From Lingula anatina (lineage: Eukaryota > Animalia > Brachiopoda): a stretch of 64,000 nucleotides of DNA. The stretch lies in the NCBI GenBank assembly GCA_051362555.1, contig CM120643.1:21084848-21148847 (forward strand). Reading direction: 5' to 3'. This document shows, in pieces, positions 60,695 through 64,000 of the stretch. A program made the position numbers and the translations under genes. The stretch's first letter is position 1. Each line of letters opens with the position of its first letter. The notes below the pieces were generated by a model. That model was not told the DNA's origin, did no database searches, and saw only the letters and a list, made by a program, of their open reading frames with translations.

Positions 60695-63061
60695 ATTTTT
60701 GAGCGTGTGTGCGACAGAGAGTAAGTTTGCTTGGTGTAGCAACGTTCAATTTAGTTTCAGTTAACTGGCCCTGTTCATACTGGACGTCAACCTTTGTACG
60801 TCCCTTCTACTACCAAAAAATGTGGCCCAGGACGCTTAAGAAAATCATGACTCCGTGTAAACGCTTGTGCGTCCTTTGAGTAGTTCCTGTGATACTACGC
60901 CCACTGAGCGACCTGACGGCAACCGCTCTGCGTTCCCTTCGTTTTATAATTACCTCCAAATAATGGATCGGTTCAGGAATTAAGTGAAAATACCAGTTGG
61001 TGGCTGGTATGATATTACTTGTGGCTGTTACCCTTAGGTTTCCTGCCTCTGTTAAAAAATACCCTAGCACGACCCAGTTTGAGAGTAAAAAATATTTTAC
61101 GTGCCGACCACTGGCCGATCGTTGAATATCCATTCTACAACCAAAGCGCCTTTCTGCGACCACAGTGATGGTGGTGCGTTCTTCCTGCTTCACTAGAGCT
61201 ACCCTACACTGACCAACCTATACCGCGATCTTTGTGCCATTGCTTTGAATTTGTTCGAAACTTTGTAGCGACCATGGCATCCACGGTGACACTTGTGCGA
61301 TTCTTTGAGCGTCTAACGGCGACCTGGCCAGCTTCATAATCTTACAAGAACGCCGTATATCGTTAAGGGGTTAAATACCCTTGCATGATATTGGGCGTCA
61401 ATTTCTAAAAAAAACAAAATGGCTCAATTATAACCGACATGGAAACGAAATATGAAGAAATAATAAAACATCTTGGGATTATTTTTTTTTCTGATTGCAC
61501 CATCCAATCATCTTTCATGTGATGTAAACGTGACGTTATTCTGAATGATATTAAAGCATAGTCTTACATTCCACATTACATATGACTTACTTGTTCAAAC
61601 ATGATATTTGATCCCCAACAGGACGACGGCTGACATTTTCTTGTTTCCACATAGTTGTGAGTCGTAAACTAACCTTTCATCGATACTTTGATGATAGTAC
61701 AACTCAATATTATCACCATGATTATGATTTGAGCTGCAGACTGTTCAGGGATAGGGACAAGGTATTAGACAATTGGGTTAAAAAGCAATAGCATAGGTAT
61801 TGTTTCCAATTCTAGATGTACGATATGGCTGTGCCATCTTGTGGTTTTTGGTAAATATTTAATGCGGTTTTATGATTTTGGTGTTTTGAGTGATAGGCGT
61901 CACTGCAGCACCCACGAAGTCATTTGTCAACTGCAGAAATTTAAGGATGACGCCAGTGATACTTTTTTGTCAAAAATTCCCGTTTTGCTGTTCTTGGTAG
62001 CAGTTAATACTTGCGAATTTGAATTTTATATCAATGTCTTCCAACGCTATTCAAACCTCTGCTCCTGACTTAATAACGATTTAATATCTCCCCTGATGAA
62101 AATGGGTGAACTGAATATCATAAATGAAAAACTCGTTCTTGAAAATTGAGATTCATTGCACATCACTGTGTCCACCCTTTCCTTCCGCTACTGGGAGCCT
62201 GCAGCTAAATTGTATGGAAAACTCCACTTTCCAAATACAAACCAATCAAAATCCTGAACACGGTTCTGAAGTAGTAGTTATGAGGTTCATTTATTGGTAT
62301 CACTTGAGGTGCAATTATGGCGACGGGGGTGACAGGCACAGGTGGTAAAAATGTGTCCACGGAACGTGTGAAAAAGCGCTGCAAAATAGTACCTGTATGT
62401 TTATTGGTGCTCTGACAAAAAGGGCATCAAAATACATAAAAGATCCACGCCTAAAATCGCGAATCCATTTACAGTCGTACGCGACGGCAGTGCTTCGCAT
62501 CTCCAATACCGCTTGAATTAGACAAATGGGTGAAGAGACTTAGGCTTCTTGCTGAGGAGAAAAACATAGGTAAACCGAACAATCAGCTTAAAGCTGAATA
62601 AAAGATGGGTTTAATGTTTAAATGTTCAAATATATGAGTCTGCAACATACTGCTTACGATTTGGTTGTAAAATTCAATCTGTGCATTTAATGTTAAAAAG
62701 ATATACTTTCCAATGTTCAGCGCAACGACCAAGTGATGCTCATGTTGATTATATTGGGAATTAAACATTATGTGGCTGAGGGGTATTCAGATAATTCATT
62801 TGACACAGTACAAGAGATAATTTAAAACCAGAATGGTGAAATATGATTTAGGAATAAAATAGGATGTAGAATAACGGAGCACCATGAGAATAAAATGTAA
62901 GATAAGACAAGGGTTTATTGAGCCGCGTAAGCACCGTTCCCATAACCATATAGCACTAGCTGCATCGATCTAACTCGGCAGGGATTCTCGCTAAATAGAA
63001 TTCAGTGTAAGCAACTTTAATGTCTGACACGTCTACTCAAGCTGCTAAGGGGTAATTAACG

Positions 63062-63740
63062 CTATATTAAACGCCTCTGTTCAACTGAGTCGGCGTTATC
63101 ACTGATAAAATCATCAACAAAATTTACAATGCAATAACTCTCATAGGACAAAACACGGTCATGCATGAAGAAGCTATGCAAACATGGCAACGGAACACAA
63201 TCTTTGGGCACGCCTGTATTTAAAACAATTATATGAGACATACTCGTACCCACTGACTTCTGTATAGAAAAAATCTAAGAACCAATGGCATATAAAAAGG
63301 GCATTTTAGTTAATTTAAAAGCTAAGCTCAAAATAGTTTTGTGGATTAATGGTGCAAATAGCCGCACTGTAGTCTATATTTAAGATCCTTGCATACGTGT
63401 TTTCTTGAAAACGTGTTCTAAAATGTTGTGCATGCACATACTAAGGGCGTCGCCCACACTTCCATTGTGTCTTATGCAAATTGAAAAGGATCAAGGGTCT
63501 CTGGCACAATGGTTTTCATATACAACACAACCAGTTTTTCGAGAGTTCTCATGGGAACTGGAGTAAATGCTACCGGCCAGAGATCGTTCAGACACGAAAC
63601 TGTTTCGGGCTTAGGCACAGAATGATAGTAGCTGTCTTCCATGCTTGCGGAACTCGCTGAGAGCGAAGTGATAGGTCATAGATATCCGTGAATACGTGCG
63701 CCAGTTGTGCTGCACCCGTCTTCAGACGCCTTGGCAATTC
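63062..63740 (-). pseudogene. Degenerate non-LTR reverse transcriptase (Rex1/Babar-like)
   Basis: Frameshifted motifs LKTGAAQLAHVFTDIYDLSL, VPQAWKTATII, RPVAFTP, LDPFQFA, LNTGVPKDCV, FVDD. Confidence 0.8.
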
Positions 63741-64000
63741 TTCACCGCACGATTGGGTGGAAATTAAATACTTGTTGTATGATTGATTTTCAAAGATATC
63801 ATATACTTCCATTCATTTATTTTCTACTGGTGGCCAGTGATTGAGACACTTATAATTATGCTATGCTAATATTGCATTGTATGCATTCTAAGCTGCTTTT
63901 TTTCAATGAGTATACTAAACTAGTACGAGCTCAGTTTTAAAACAAAAAACAAAAAAACAACAAAAAAAAAAACGAGGTAGGATTTTTGTGAAAAACCAAT

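Overview
This is AT-rich animal (probably marine invertebrate) genomic DNA, not prokaryotic. It is dominated by one + strand spliced gene (about 2883-52369; 5' end uncertain). Eighteen phase-1/phase-1 exons carry about 1,371 copies of an 18-bp unit encoding Gly-Thr-Gly-Gly-Pro-Pro. They splice in frame to two basic collagen exons (GMKG/GNR), two G/N/Q/F/T-rich exons, and a terminal exon with a transmembrane helix, a coiled-coil-like tail and a C-terminal -SSLV. The predicted product is a membrane-anchored collagen-like protein of about 8,500 aa with about 2,740 nearly uninterrupted Gly-X-Y triplets. All 17 introns inside the repeat array are copies of the same ~690-bp 5'-truncated L2-clade LINE, which occupies the intron from the GT donor to the AG acceptor. 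This suggests a transposon insertion became an intron and the exon+intron unit was then amplified in tandem. Two intron copies carry later insertions (nested CCC-terminal TIR elements; a poly(A) retroposon), and sister introns supply their empty sites. The rest of the window holds MITE/TIR elements, a Helentron/DINE-like element, L2 and Rex1/Babar-like LINE remnants and microsatellites. The gene model comes from sequence only; there is no transcript evidence here.
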